From NCBI GenBank assembly GCA_900772235.1, contig CAAGQX010000071.1, forward strand, positions 1 through 53,642: DNA of 53,642 bases, written 5' to 3'. Source of the stretch: Clostridia bacterium (GTDB taxonomy: Bacteria; Bacillota; Clostridia; TANB77; CAG-508). This document shows positions 9,480 to 19,093 of this stretch, one piece after another (the first letter of the stretch is position 1; each line of letters opens with the position of its first letter). Below the pieces are notes generated by a model. It worked only from the letters and a program-made list of their open reading frames with translations, was not told the origin of the DNA and did not search any database. The position numbers and the translations under genes were made by a program.

Positions 9480-10252
9480 TTTTCCTCCACTTCCGTATCA
9501 TTTTTAAAAAATTCATCTAATATAGCATTACATTGATATAGTTTTTCTAAGTATGAAAAATGTCCTGTTCCTTCTAGTATAGCAATGCCACTATTAGGAA
9601 TTAATTTTTCCATTTGTTTAGCATCAGATAGTGGTGTTGCAGTATCCTTGTCTCCCCAGATTAATAATGTTGGCACATTTATATTAGGCATTATACTTTT
9701 TTGGTCCTCGTTTAATATTATATTCATTGTTTTTCTTAATACTTCTGGAGAAGCTTTATAGTCTGATGATGCAAATTTACCTAATGCTTTTTCTCTTAAA
9801 TTTTCGCAGGATTTAGGTAAAACATTTACAATTTTTTTTATAAATTTATAAGTATATATCTTCAAATAATAGTCTGGTTTTCTTTTAGGTTTAATTCCTG
9901 TACTATCAATTAATACAATTTTCCTTATTGGTCCTAATTTTCTGCCTGCATAATTTATAACTGTTTTTCCTCCATTAGAATGTCCTATAAGAATTGGATT
10001 TTTTATACCTAGTTTATTAATAAAGTCTTTTAAAAAATCCCCATAATCGTCTGTTTTCATTGGATTTTCTGGCAATTGGCTTTTTCCAAATCCAATTATA
10101 TCAACATTATATACTTTAAATTTTTTTGATAAATGCTGTTCTAATGGTCTCATTGTTTCCAAAGATGCTAACCATCCGTGAAGTAGTATTATAGGATTTC
10201 CTTCACCATGTACTTCGTAATTTATTTTTTTATTATTTATTATTACTTCCAA
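9476..10252 (-). CDS. alpha/beta hydrolase
   Basis: LLHGW, nucleophile elbow GHSNGG, C-terminal GTGHF; 4-nt overlap with the downstream murF-like start. Confidence 0.75.
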   Translation of the reverse strand: MEVIINNKKINYEVHGEGNPIILLHGWLASLETMRPLEQHLSKKFKVYNVDIIGFGKSQLPENPMKTDDYGDFLKDFINKLGIKNPILIGHSNGGKTVINYAGRKLGPIRKIVLIDSTGIKPKRKPDYYLKIYTYKFIKKIVNVLPKSCENLREKALGKFASSDYKASPEVLRKTMNIILNEDQKSIMPNINVPTLLIWGDKDTATPLSDAKQMEKLIPNSGIAILEGTGHFSYLEKLYQCNAILDEFFKNDTEVEEK

Positions 10253-10338
10253 ATCATATCACCATTTTTAATATTTATTTTATATTTGCTTATTTTACTA
10301 CATTTTAGAATAAAATTAAACACTTTCTAGTAATTATA

Positions 10339-11238
10339 TTAAATATTTCCTAACGGAATTATATATTCTAGCGCCTGTTTATTATTAGTTATACACACTT
10401 CTTTTTTCCTTCCGCCATATTCTCCATCTAATGTCCATTTTAAATTAATGTTTGGATTTATTTTTATATTGCTTCCTTGCATATATATAAAATTTTTATT
10501 ATCGTATTTTTTTAAAAATATATTAAATACTATGCTAAGCATCCCTATTTTGTATTTAGGTTTTCTTATTAAAACAATTTCGTATTTTCCATCTCCAATA
10601 TCTATTTCTCTTTTTCTAAACCACTGAAAGCCTCCAATAGATTTTGAATTACTTATCGAACCATAAATGAATTTATCTTTAATTGTTTGACCATCCACAT
10701 TTAGTTCTACTTCATATGCTCTTATTTTATTAATATATTTAGCTCCTACAATAAAATACGCAAATTTTCCAAAAACTTTTTTTAACGATTGTTTTGTAAC
10801 ATAAGGTACCATCGTAAATGCTCCAAAAGCTGCCACATAATTGAAATATTTGTTATTAAATTGTCCTACATCTGTTTTTATTTGATTTACTTTTTTCATA
10901 TTATTGGGTATGAAAAATTTATATTTATATAAGTGCATTGTATTAGCGAAATCATTCATCGTACCTAAAGGAATAAAACTTATTTGTGGTTTTTGGGGTA
11001 ACTGCATTACTGCATTCACTAAGTCGTTTAAAGTACCATCTCCTCCACAGCAAATTACTAATTCTAAATTTCCTTTATAATCTTTTATTATATCCTTTGC
11101 AGAATAATTCCTTTTTGTGTACATTATATCTACTAAATAATTTTGTTTAGAAAAATTGCTTGCTATTTTATGAATTTTTTTCTGTACTCTTCCCTTTCCT
11201 GCATTTGGGTTAACTATAATTAATATATTCTTATTCAT
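10339..11238 (-). CDS. diacylglycerol kinase family lipid kinase (YegS/DagK-like)
   Basis: IIVNPNAGKG and GGDGTLN motifs. Confidence 0.8.
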   Translation of the reverse strand: MNKNILIIVNPNAGKGRVQKKIHKIASNFSKQNYLVDIMYTKRNYSAKDIIKDYKGNLELVICCGGDGTLNDLVNAVMQLPQKPQISFIPLGTMNDFANTMHLYKYKFFIPNNMKKVNQIKTDVGQFNNKYFNYVAAFGAFTMVPYVTKQSLKKVFGKFAYFIVGAKYINKIRAYEVELNVDGQTIKDKFIYGSISNSKSIGGFQWFRKREIDIGDGKYEIVLIRKPKYKIGMLSIVFNIFLKKYDNKNFIYMQGSNIKINPNINLKWTLDGEYGGRKKEVCITNNKQALEYIIPLGNI

Positions 11239-11461
11239 ATATTACCTCTATTACATTTTTACGCTTCTATTATCTTTCATTTTGTGTGCAAAGTCAAGAA
11301 AATAAAAAACTATTTGCTATTTGTTGACTTTAATTTAAATAAATAGTAAAATTGTTACGGAAAGTTACTTTTAAGATTTTATAAATAAAAATTCAATGAG
11401 TAGTTAAATTTATTTACTATTCATTTATAATATATACTAACTATAAGGAGTGTTTCAAACT

Positions 11462-12538
11462 ATGTGGGGAGATATGTCAATAGCCTTTTTGCTAGCTTTT
11501 ATTACTGCATATGTAATTACACCATATACAATTAGGTTGTCTAAAAAAATAGGAGCATTGGATGTTCCTTCCGAAAAACGAAAAATTCATACTGGAGCCA
11601 TCCCAAGGCTTGGCGGTCTTGCTGTTATTGCTGGTTTTACCGTGTCTACCGTATATTTACTAATCGTAATGAATTTAGAAAATACTTTAATATTAGGTGG
11701 ATATGACAATTATGGTTACAAATTATTAGGTTTTTTCTTAGGGGCAATTGTTTTAAGTATATTTTGTTTTATAGATGATTGGAAAGGTATTCCTGCTTAT
11801 GTAAAACTTTTAGGGCAAACTATAAGTGCTGTTATTGTAGTGCTTTTTGGTTTAAGAATGGACAGCATTGTTGTTTCTCATCTTCACACAATAATTGATA
11901 GCCAAATTATTTTAAAAATATTAACAGTAATATGGATTGTTGGTATAACTAATGCAATTAATTTAATTGATGGATTAGATGGTTTATCTTCTGGAGTTGG
12001 TATTATATCGTGTTTTTCTTTACTAATGATATTTACTCTTAATAATTCTCCTTTAATATCCATCTTATTAATAACTGCATTAGCAGGTGCATTAACTGGA
12101 TTTTTACCTTTCAATTTTAATCCAGCTAAGACTTTCATTGGTGATACTGGTTCAAACTTTTTAGGATATTCTTTATCAATAATTGCAATTCTTGGAACTG
12201 CTAAAACTTATACTGCAATAGTTTTAATTGCACCTATACTAGTTTTAGCCTTGCCAATTTTTGATACATCTTTTGCTATAGTAAGAAGAATTATAAAGCA
12301 AAAATCTTTAAAAGCTGTTTTTAAGGCTGATAGAGGGCATTTGCATCATAAACTTATAGATAAAGGTTATACTCAAAAACAAGCAGTTTTAATACTTTAT
12401 GGAATAAGTGCTACATTTGGTCTTTTTGCAGTAATTTTAATTGATAGTGGCTTTTGGAAAGCAATGTCATTTGCATTATTAGTAATTGCAATAATTGCTA
12501 TAGGTTATAAAGATATATTTAGAGTAAAAAAGAATTAA
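11462..12538 (+). CDS. tagO: undecaprenyl-phosphate GlcNAc-1-phosphate transferase (TagO/WecA, MraY-like GT4)
   Basis: [12 protein letters not shown] and other MraY/WecA motifs; ATG 11462 lies 11 nt after AAGGAG (the ORF-track GTG at 11450 overlaps the RBS). Confidence 0.85.
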   Translation: MWGDMSIAFLLAFITAYVITPYTIRLSKKIGALDVPSEKRKIHTGAIPRLGGLAVIAGFTVSTVYLLIVMNLENTLILGGYDNYGYKLLGFFLGAIVLSIFCFIDDWKGIPAYVKLLGQTISAVIVVLFGLRMDSIVVSHLHTIIDSQIILKILTVIWIVGITNAINLIDGLDGLSSGVGIISCFSLLMIFTLNNSPLISILLITALAGALTGFLPFNFNPAKTFIGDTGSNFLGYSLSIIAILGTAKTYTAIVLIAPILVLALPIFDTSFAIVRRIIKQKSLKAVFKADRGHLHHKLIDKGYTQKQAVLILYGISATFGLFAVILIDSGFWKAMSFALLVIAIIAIGYKDIFRVKKN

Positions 12539-12572
12539 TTAAAATTTAAACAAAGGAAGGACTATATATAAA

Positions 12573-14048
12573 ATGCAAGAAAAATCATTATTTAAAAATT
12601 CAATATATAAAAGTTTACTTAGTATAGCAAATATTGCTATACCAATTATTATAGGCCCTTATATAACTAAACTGTTAGATGTTAATTTATATGGGGCATA
12701 TAATAAAGTTTATGCAGAATTTCAAATATTTTTAATTTTTGCTACTTTTGGAATATACACTTTTGGAGTAAGAGAAATTAGTAAAATTAGAAACGATGAA
12801 CACAAAATTGCAAGTTTATTTACAAATTTATTTGTTCTAGGATTGATAACCAACTTAGTTGTTGGCATTATTTATGTTATATATGCTTTAATATCTTCTA
12901 GTGGAATTACCACACAAATTTATATGGTTTTTATTATACAAATTGTCGCTAATATGTTTTATATAGAATTTTTAAATGAAGCTTTAGAGAATTACAAGTT
13001 CATAACAATTAAAACATTAATTGTAAAAATTCTTTATTTAGTTTTGTTACTAGCTTTTGTTAGAAAACCTGAGGATATAATTCCTTATTCTATAATAATA
13101 TCTTTTATTGTTTTTCTAAACAATATAATAAGTTTCGTATATGTTAAGAAAAAAATTAAGTTTGACTTTAAACATTTAAAATTACTACAATATTTAAAGC
13201 CACTATTTTTAGTATTAATACTTACAAATGTAGAAATTTTATATAGCCAATTAGATAGAATAATGCTTGGAAAGTTCGTAGAAGATGTAGCGGTAACCAA
13301 ATATTATATACCTTATTATCTAATATCAATGCTATCTTCAATACCTTACGCCGTAATAAATGTTTCAATTCCAAGGCTATCTTATATTGCTAAGGTTGAA
13401 GGAAAAGAGTCATATGAAAGAACATTAAAAGTTTCAATCTCTAGTTTGTTATTTATAATAATACCTATGTGTTTCGGTGTTGCTGTTCTAAGTAAAGAAG
13501 TAATTTTATTGTATGCCGGTGATAAATATGCAAACATTTCTAATACTTTAATTATAGCTTGTATCATAAGAATTATTATAAGTATTGAATCTGTCCTAAC
13601 AAATTTAGTTTTATATGTAAATGATAGAGAAAAAACCATTGTAAAACTTTCTTTCATATTTGGTATATCAAACTTAATAATGAACAGTTTATTAGTAGCA
13701 TTTAAAGTATTAACACCATTTACTGCTATGCTTACAACTGGTATTGCTGAACTTTGCTTAATAACTACGCAATATTTGTACATAAAGAAAAAAATGGATA
13801 TAAATGTGCCTTTAATCACAAAGCAAAATATTACCTACTTAGCTTTATCTTTATGTTTTATTCCAATAGCATATATTATAAAGAAAATAGATTTAGGGTT
13901 TTATGCTAATATCGCAGTAATAATGGTTTTATGTATGGGCTTATATGGTACAGTCTTACTATTAAAAAAAGATGAAGCTTTATATATAATTATTAATAAA
14001 TTTAAAAATAAATTTAATAAAAAGGATAATAAATATTATGGAAAATAA
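12573..14048 (+). CDS. oligosaccharide flippase (Wzx/MOP family)
   Basis: 491 aa, ~12-14 TM helices, typical polysaccharide-biosynthesis-protein N-terminus; sits in the glycan locus. Confidence 0.8.
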   Translation: MQEKSLFKNSIYKSLLSIANIAIPIIIGPYITKLLDVNLYGAYNKVYAEFQIFLIFATFGIYTFGVREISKIRNDEHKIASLFTNLFVLGLITNLVVGIIYVIYALISSSGITTQIYMVFIIQIVANMFYIEFLNEALENYKFITIKTLIVKILYLVLLLAFVRKPEDIIPYSIIISFIVFLNNIISFVYVKKKIKFDFKHLKLLQYLKPLFLVLILTNVEILYSQLDRIMLGKFVEDVAVTKYYIPYYLISMLSSIPYAVINVSIPRLSYIAKVEGKESYERTLKVSISSLLFIIIPMCFGVAVLSKEVILLYAGDKYANISNTLIIACIIRIIISIESVLTNLVLYVNDREKTIVKLSFIFGISNLIMNSLLVAFKVLTPFTAMLTTGIAELCLITTQYLYIKKKMDINVPLITKQNITYLALSLCFIPIAYIIKKIDLGFYANIAVIMVLCMGLYGTVLLLKKDEALYIIINKFKNKFNKKDNKYYGK

Positions 14049-14883
14049 CAGAAGAAATTTACAGTTAAAAATATTAGAAATGGTGAAATATTTAGACCAA
14101 TTTTGCAAAGAAAACAACATAGAATATTATATTATTTATGGTTCTTGCTTAGGTGCAGTTAGGCATAAAGGCTTTATACCTTGGGATGATGACTTTGATA
14201 TAGGAATGACTTTGGAAAATTATAATAAATTTGTAGATTTATGCAAAACACAATTAGATACTAATAAATATTTTTTACAAACATTAGATACAGATCCAAA
14301 TTATTATTTATCTTTTGCAAAATTAAGAGATATTAATACAACATTAATAGAAGAAAAAAATAAAGGGATTTCAATTCAATATGGTGTATATGTAGATATA
14401 TTCCCTATTGTAGGAATTCCTAAAAATAAATTTTCTAGAAAAATGCAAGCAATAAATAGGGCTTTTGCTTTATCTGCTAACATTAATGTTATTAATAGTA
14501 AATTTTTATATAGTATTTTTAAATTAATTTTAGCAGTATTTGGCAAACAGAAATTATTAAGATATTGTTCAAAACAAGCTATAAAATATAGCTGTAAAGA
14601 TTATGATGAATGGTGTTCAATTTTTGATGGTGATGGTTTAAATTTAAATTCGACTACTAAATCTATTATGGGAAAACCGACATATGTACCATTTGAAGAT
14701 ACATTTCTACCAATTCCAGAAAAATATGATGAATATTTAACCCATATATATGGTGATTATATGCAAATACCTACACCCGAGCAAATAAAGGCAAAAGAAC
14801 ATACTGCTTATGTGTTAGACTTAAATCATTCATATGAAGAATACTTAAAATTGCATTCTCAAAAAGAATTAGTTAGTAAATAA
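14038..14883 (+). CDS. licD: LicD family phosphotransferase
   Basis: YGSCLGAVRHKGFIPWDDDFDIGM LicD signature. Confidence 0.85.
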   Translation: MENNRRNLQLKILEMVKYLDQFCKENNIEYYIIYGSCLGAVRHKGFIPWDDDFDIGMTLENYNKFVDLCKTQLDTNKYFLQTLDTDPNYYLSFAKLRDINTTLIEEKNKGISIQYGVYVDIFPIVGIPKNKFSRKMQAINRAFALSANINVINSKFLYSIFKLILAVFGKQKLLRYCSKQAIKYSCKDYDEWCSIFDGDGLNLNSTTKSIMGKPTYVPFEDTFLPIPEKYDEYLTHIYGDYMQIPTPEQIKAKEHTAYVLDLNHSYEEYLKLHSQKELVSK

Positions 14884-14914
14884 TTTTATAGAAAATAGAA
14901 ATGAGGAAAAATAT

Positions 14915-15967
14915 ATGAATAGAATAATTATACCCACTGGTTATATGGGTTCTGGTTCTTCTGCTATAACTGATTTAGTTGCTGAATTTAAAGATTGTAA
15001 AAATGAGTTTAAATCATATGAATACGTGATGCTCCACTGCCCTAATGGGCTTTTCGACCTAGAAGATAAATTGTTAAATGGGAATAATGCCATAAGAAGT
15101 GATGAAGCCCTTAGAACATTTGAAAATCAAATGGCTAAATTATATAACAAGAAATTTTGGTGGGTTGGAAATTATAAAAATATAATAAGTGTTGATTTTA
15201 TGGACAAAGTTCACTCTTATTTAAATAATATAACTCAATTTAATTATCCTGGATATTGGTATACTCACGAAGAAGTTAATTTTAAAATGTTTATCAAACT
15301 TTTAATGAGGAAACCTATTAAATTAATTGCTAAGAACAGACATTATAAGCCTATTCTAAAATATAATGATGGAATGAAAATTTCATTTATTAAACCTGAG
15401 GACTTTTATAAATTTTCTAAAGAATTTATTTATGACATTATATCTACAATATCAAGGGGTTCTGAGAATGTGGTTCTTGACCAATTCTTACTACCATTTA
15501 ATCTTTTTAGAATAGATAATTATTTTAATGATGATACTAGAGTCATTGTTGTTCAAAGAGACCCTAGAGATGTTTTTATCCTAAACAAATATATTTGGGG
15601 AAAAAATAATTTCGGAGTTCCAATGCCATATGATGTTCACGAATTTTGCAAATACTATAAAGCAATGCGAGAAAGTGAAAAGCCAGCAAATTCAAAGAAA
15701 ATACTTAGAATTAATTTTGAAGATTTAATATATAAATATGACGAAACTTTAAAGCAAGTAATGGAACATTTAAATTTTTCTGAAGATATGCATATAAATA
15801 AAAAAGGAAGATTTAATCCGGATTTATCAATAAAAAATACTCAAATATTTAATAGTTCTAAAAAATATGACGAAGAGATGAAAGTAATTGAAGCAGAATT
15901 ACAAGACTATTTGTATAATTTTCCATATGTTCTAAAAAATAAAGTTGAAGATACCATAGAATTTTAG
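14915..15967 (+). CDS. sulfotransferase-like protein
   Basis: N-terminal P-loop-like GYMGSGSSAITD, VVQRDPRDVF (RDPRD 3'-phosphate-binding-type motif), INFEDLIYKYDETLKQVMEHLNF C-terminal block. Confidence 0.5.
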   Translation: MNRIIIPTGYMGSGSSAITDLVAEFKDCKNEFKSYEYVMLHCPNGLFDLEDKLLNGNNAIRSDEALRTFENQMAKLYNKKFWWVGNYKNIISVDFMDKVHSYLNNITQFNYPGYWYTHEEVNFKMFIKLLMRKPIKLIAKNRHYKPILKYNDGMKISFIKPEDFYKFSKEFIYDIISTISRGSENVVLDQFLLPFNLFRIDNYFNDDTRVIVVQRDPRDVFILNKYIWGKNNFGVPMPYDVHEFCKYYKAMRESEKPANSKKILRINFEDLIYKYDETLKQVMEHLNFSEDMHINKKGRFNPDLSIKNTQIFNSSKKYDEEMKVIEAELQDYLYNFPYVLKNKVEDTIEF

Positions 15968-16020
15968 CAAAAATTTTAATTTAATGTAAAAATACTAACC
16001 ATAGTTTACAAGGAGTAACA

Positions 16021-17115
16021 ATGAAAAAAAGATTATATCATATTGAATTATTAAGAATATTTTCTATGCTTATGATTATAACTTTACACTTATTAGTTTT
16101 TAGTGGATTGTTGGATACTTATAAAAACTTTTCAATTACATCATTTTTCATATGGGGACTAGAATCCTTATGTTTTATTGCTGTTAATTGTTATGTCCTA
16201 ATAAGTGGATATTTCCTAGTGGATTCATCTTTTAAATTTAAAAAGCTTTTTAAAATTTGGATTGAAGTATTTTTCTATTCACTTATAATATATTGCTCTT
16301 TACTATTTACAAAAAGTATTAATTTTGGGTATACTTCTCTAATTAAAAACTTTTTTCCAGTATTGTTTGGAAACTACTGGTTTGTTAGTGTTTACGCTAT
16401 ATTATATATACTTTCTCCTTTTATAAATAAGTTTATCAACACCCTAGACAAGAGCCAATATACATATTTATTGATACTTATCTTTCTTTTCTTTAGTATT
16501 TGGCCTACTTTCATTCCTTCTGAGAATACAATAAATTATGGTGGTAGTTATAGTATTAGTTGGTTTATTTGTTTATATATTATTGCTGGATATTTAAAAA
16601 GATTCCCTTGCAAAAAAAGTCCTAAAAATTGGGTTTATTTATTACTATATTTTCTTTGTTCTTTTACAAATGTAGTAGCATATTTTCTAGTAAAAAAGTT
16701 AAATATAACATTTGTTTATTGCAACTTTTTATATAATTACTACTCTATAACTGTTTTACTTGCTGCAATAAATTTGTTTTTATTTTTTATAGGATTAAAG
16801 GAAATCTCAAATCCTATTGCCCAAAAATTAATTAACTTTTTTGCAACCAGTACATTTGGAGTATATCTAATACACGAAAATCCTAACATAAGGCATATAT
16901 TATGGAATTATTTCAGTTTTTTAAACTCACAGACTTCTGTCCTTACAATATTATTAATATTTGTAATTCCAATTACTTTATTTATTATATTTACGCTATT
17001 AGATAAGTTTAGAATTTTTATATTTAATATTATAATAAATATTTTTTCTAAAAGAGAAAAAGTATTGCATTTTGAAAAGTTGAAAAAATTGGAGGAAAAA
17101 ATATGCCAAAAGTAA
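16021..17115 (+). CDS. acyltransferase family 3 (O-acyltransferase) membrane protein
   Basis: Polytopic membrane protein with N-terminal HIELLRI...H motif typical of Acyl_transf_3. Confidence 0.75.
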   Translation: MKKRLYHIELLRIFSMLMIITLHLLVFSGLLDTYKNFSITSFFIWGLESLCFIAVNCYVLISGYFLVDSSFKFKKLFKIWIEVFFYSLIIYCSLLFTKSINFGYTSLIKNFFPVLFGNYWFVSVYAILYILSPFINKFINTLDKSQYTYLLILIFLFFSIWPTFIPSENTINYGGSYSISWFICLYIIAGYLKRFPCKKSPKNWVYLLLYFLCSFTNVVAYFLVKKLNITFVYCNFLYNYYSITVLLAAINLFLFFIGLKEISNPIAQKLINFFATSTFGVYLIHENPNIRHILWNYFSFLNSQTSVLTILLIFVIPITLFIIFTLLDKFRIFIFNIIINIFSKREKVLHFEKLKKLEEKICQK

Positions 17116-18047
17116 GTATAATTGTACCTGTATATAATGTAGAAAAATATTTAGATAAATGTTTAAATTCATTAGTTAATCAGACCTTTAAAGATATTGA
17201 AATATTAGTTATAAATGATGGAAGTACTGACAATAGCCAAGCCATTATAGATAAATACAAAACACAATATCCTGCGTTATTAAGCTCTTTTTTGAAAGAA
17301 AATGGTGGGCAAGGTTCTGCCAGAAATTTAGGTCTAGAATATGCAAAAGGTGACTATATTAGTTTTGTTGACAGTGATGATTGGTTAGACTTAGATTTTA
17401 TTGAAAAATCGTATAATTCTGCTATTCAAAATAATAGTGATATTGTAATTTGTGATATGTTTGATTTTTGTGATGATGGAACTAAAAAATTTTATAATTG
17501 TACCAAATATAATTCAGTCTATGAAGTAACACCTTCTGCATCCAATAAAATTTTTAAGAAAAGTTTTATTGGTGACTTAAGGTTTATTCCAGACAAATGG
17601 TATGAAGATTTCGACTTTACAACAAAGCTATTTTTCAATAACCCTTCTATTTCTGTGGTTTCTGATACATTTTATAATTGCAATGTAAGAATAAATTCAA
17701 CTATGAATAATAATAACTCTCTTAAAAACCTTGATATGATATATGTTTTAGAAGATTTAAGAAAATATGCTATAAACAACAACTTGTATAATGAAAACAT
17801 TATTAAATATCTAATATTTGATCATATATTAATTACAACTATCAACCGTGTTAGTAAACAACATAGTGAAAATAAAAAAGAAGTTCTTAACAAGTTAAAT
17901 GAATATTGTAAAAATAACTTAAGTAATTATAAAAAACTACCTTTCTACAAAAATGTTAAATTAACAAGAAAAATAATTGCAAACTTAAATTATATGAAAT
18001 TATACAAGTTATCACATCTTTTATTAAATATAAAAGCTCATATTTAA
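17103..18047 (+). CDS. glycosyltransferase family 2
   Basis: VSIIVPVYNVEKYL...NQT...INDGSTD...ARN.G...AKGDYISFVDSDD. Confidence 0.85.
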   Translation: MPKVSIIVPVYNVEKYLDKCLNSLVNQTFKDIEILVINDGSTDNSQAIIDKYKTQYPALLSSFLKENGGQGSARNLGLEYAKGDYISFVDSDDWLDLDFIEKSYNSAIQNNSDIVICDMFDFCDDGTKKFYNCTKYNSVYEVTPSASNKIFKKSFIGDLRFIPDKWYEDFDFTTKLFFNNPSISVVSDTFYNCNVRINSTMNNNNSLKNLDMIYVLEDLRKYAINNNLYNENIIKYLIFDHILITTINRVSKQHSENKKEVLNKLNEYCKNNLSNYKKLPFYKNVKLTRKIIANLNYMKLYKLSHLLLNIKAHI

Positions 18048-18107
18048 TATTGATATTAAATTTTAAATATGGTATAAATATTAGAATAAATATGTTAGGA
18101 GTTGCTT

Positions 18108-19081
18108 ATGGAGAAAATAAATATAATAATTCCAATTTATAATTCTGAAGAATATTTAAACAAATGCTTAGACAGTATAGTAAACCAAACATTAAAAGAA
18201 ATAAAAGCAATACTTGTAAATGATGGCTCATCCGATTCTTCTGAAGAAATTATAGATAAATATATAGAAAAATATCCTAAATTATTTACAAAAATAAATA
18301 AAATAAATGGTGGACAAGGTTCTGCCAGAAATGTTGGTTTAGAAGAAATTTCTCGGTGAATATGTTATTTTTATAGATAGTGATGATTATTTAGAAAGTA
18401 CTATGTTGGAAGAAATGTATAATACTGCTATTACTAATAATAGTGATTTAGTAATTTGCGATTATTATGAAATTGAAAATGAAACAAAAAAAGTAACAAA
18501 AGCAATGAAAAATTTTAGCACTGATATTAAAATAAATTGTATGCTATCAAATGCTAGTCCCTGGAATAAACTTATAAAAGCTAATATTTTCAAAGAAGAG
18601 AATATTAATTTTTTAGAAAATCATATTTACGAAGATTTAGCAACTATGCCTATATTAGCAGCATACGCAAATAATATAACATACCTAGAAGAGCCTTTAT
18701 ATGATTATATAATACGCGCTGGTTCTACTATGAGACAAAAAACATATAATAAAAAATTAGAATCAATTTTCATTGCAATATCTCATTTAGATAATGAATT
18801 TAAAGAAAGAAATTTATCTAAAAAATATCAAACCGAACTTGAATATATATATATTGAGCATTTATTATATGCCGCTTCTCGGACGTTTTTTGTATTATAA
18901 AGAAGGCAAGGAGAAAATAAACGAAATAGTTTCAATTATTAAGCAAAAATACCCTTGTTGGAAAAACAATAAATATTACAAGAAGCAAAATTTAATATTT
19001 AAAATAACTTGTAATATATTCTTTTACAATAATTCTTTTTTAATTAGTTTGTACAAATTAATTAGGAAAATAAATAAATAA
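18108..19081 (+). CDS. glycosyltransferase family 2; needs two +1 shifts at CGG 18354-18356 and 18880-18882
   Basis: Three consecutive ORFs (18102..18359, 18403..18900, 18794..19081) together form one GT2: ...ARNVGLEEIS|GEYVIFIDSDDYL... and ...LLYAAS|GRFLYYKEGKEK.... AGGAG RBS before ATG 18108. Confidence 0.75.
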
Positions 19082-19093
19082 TTTAAATACATT

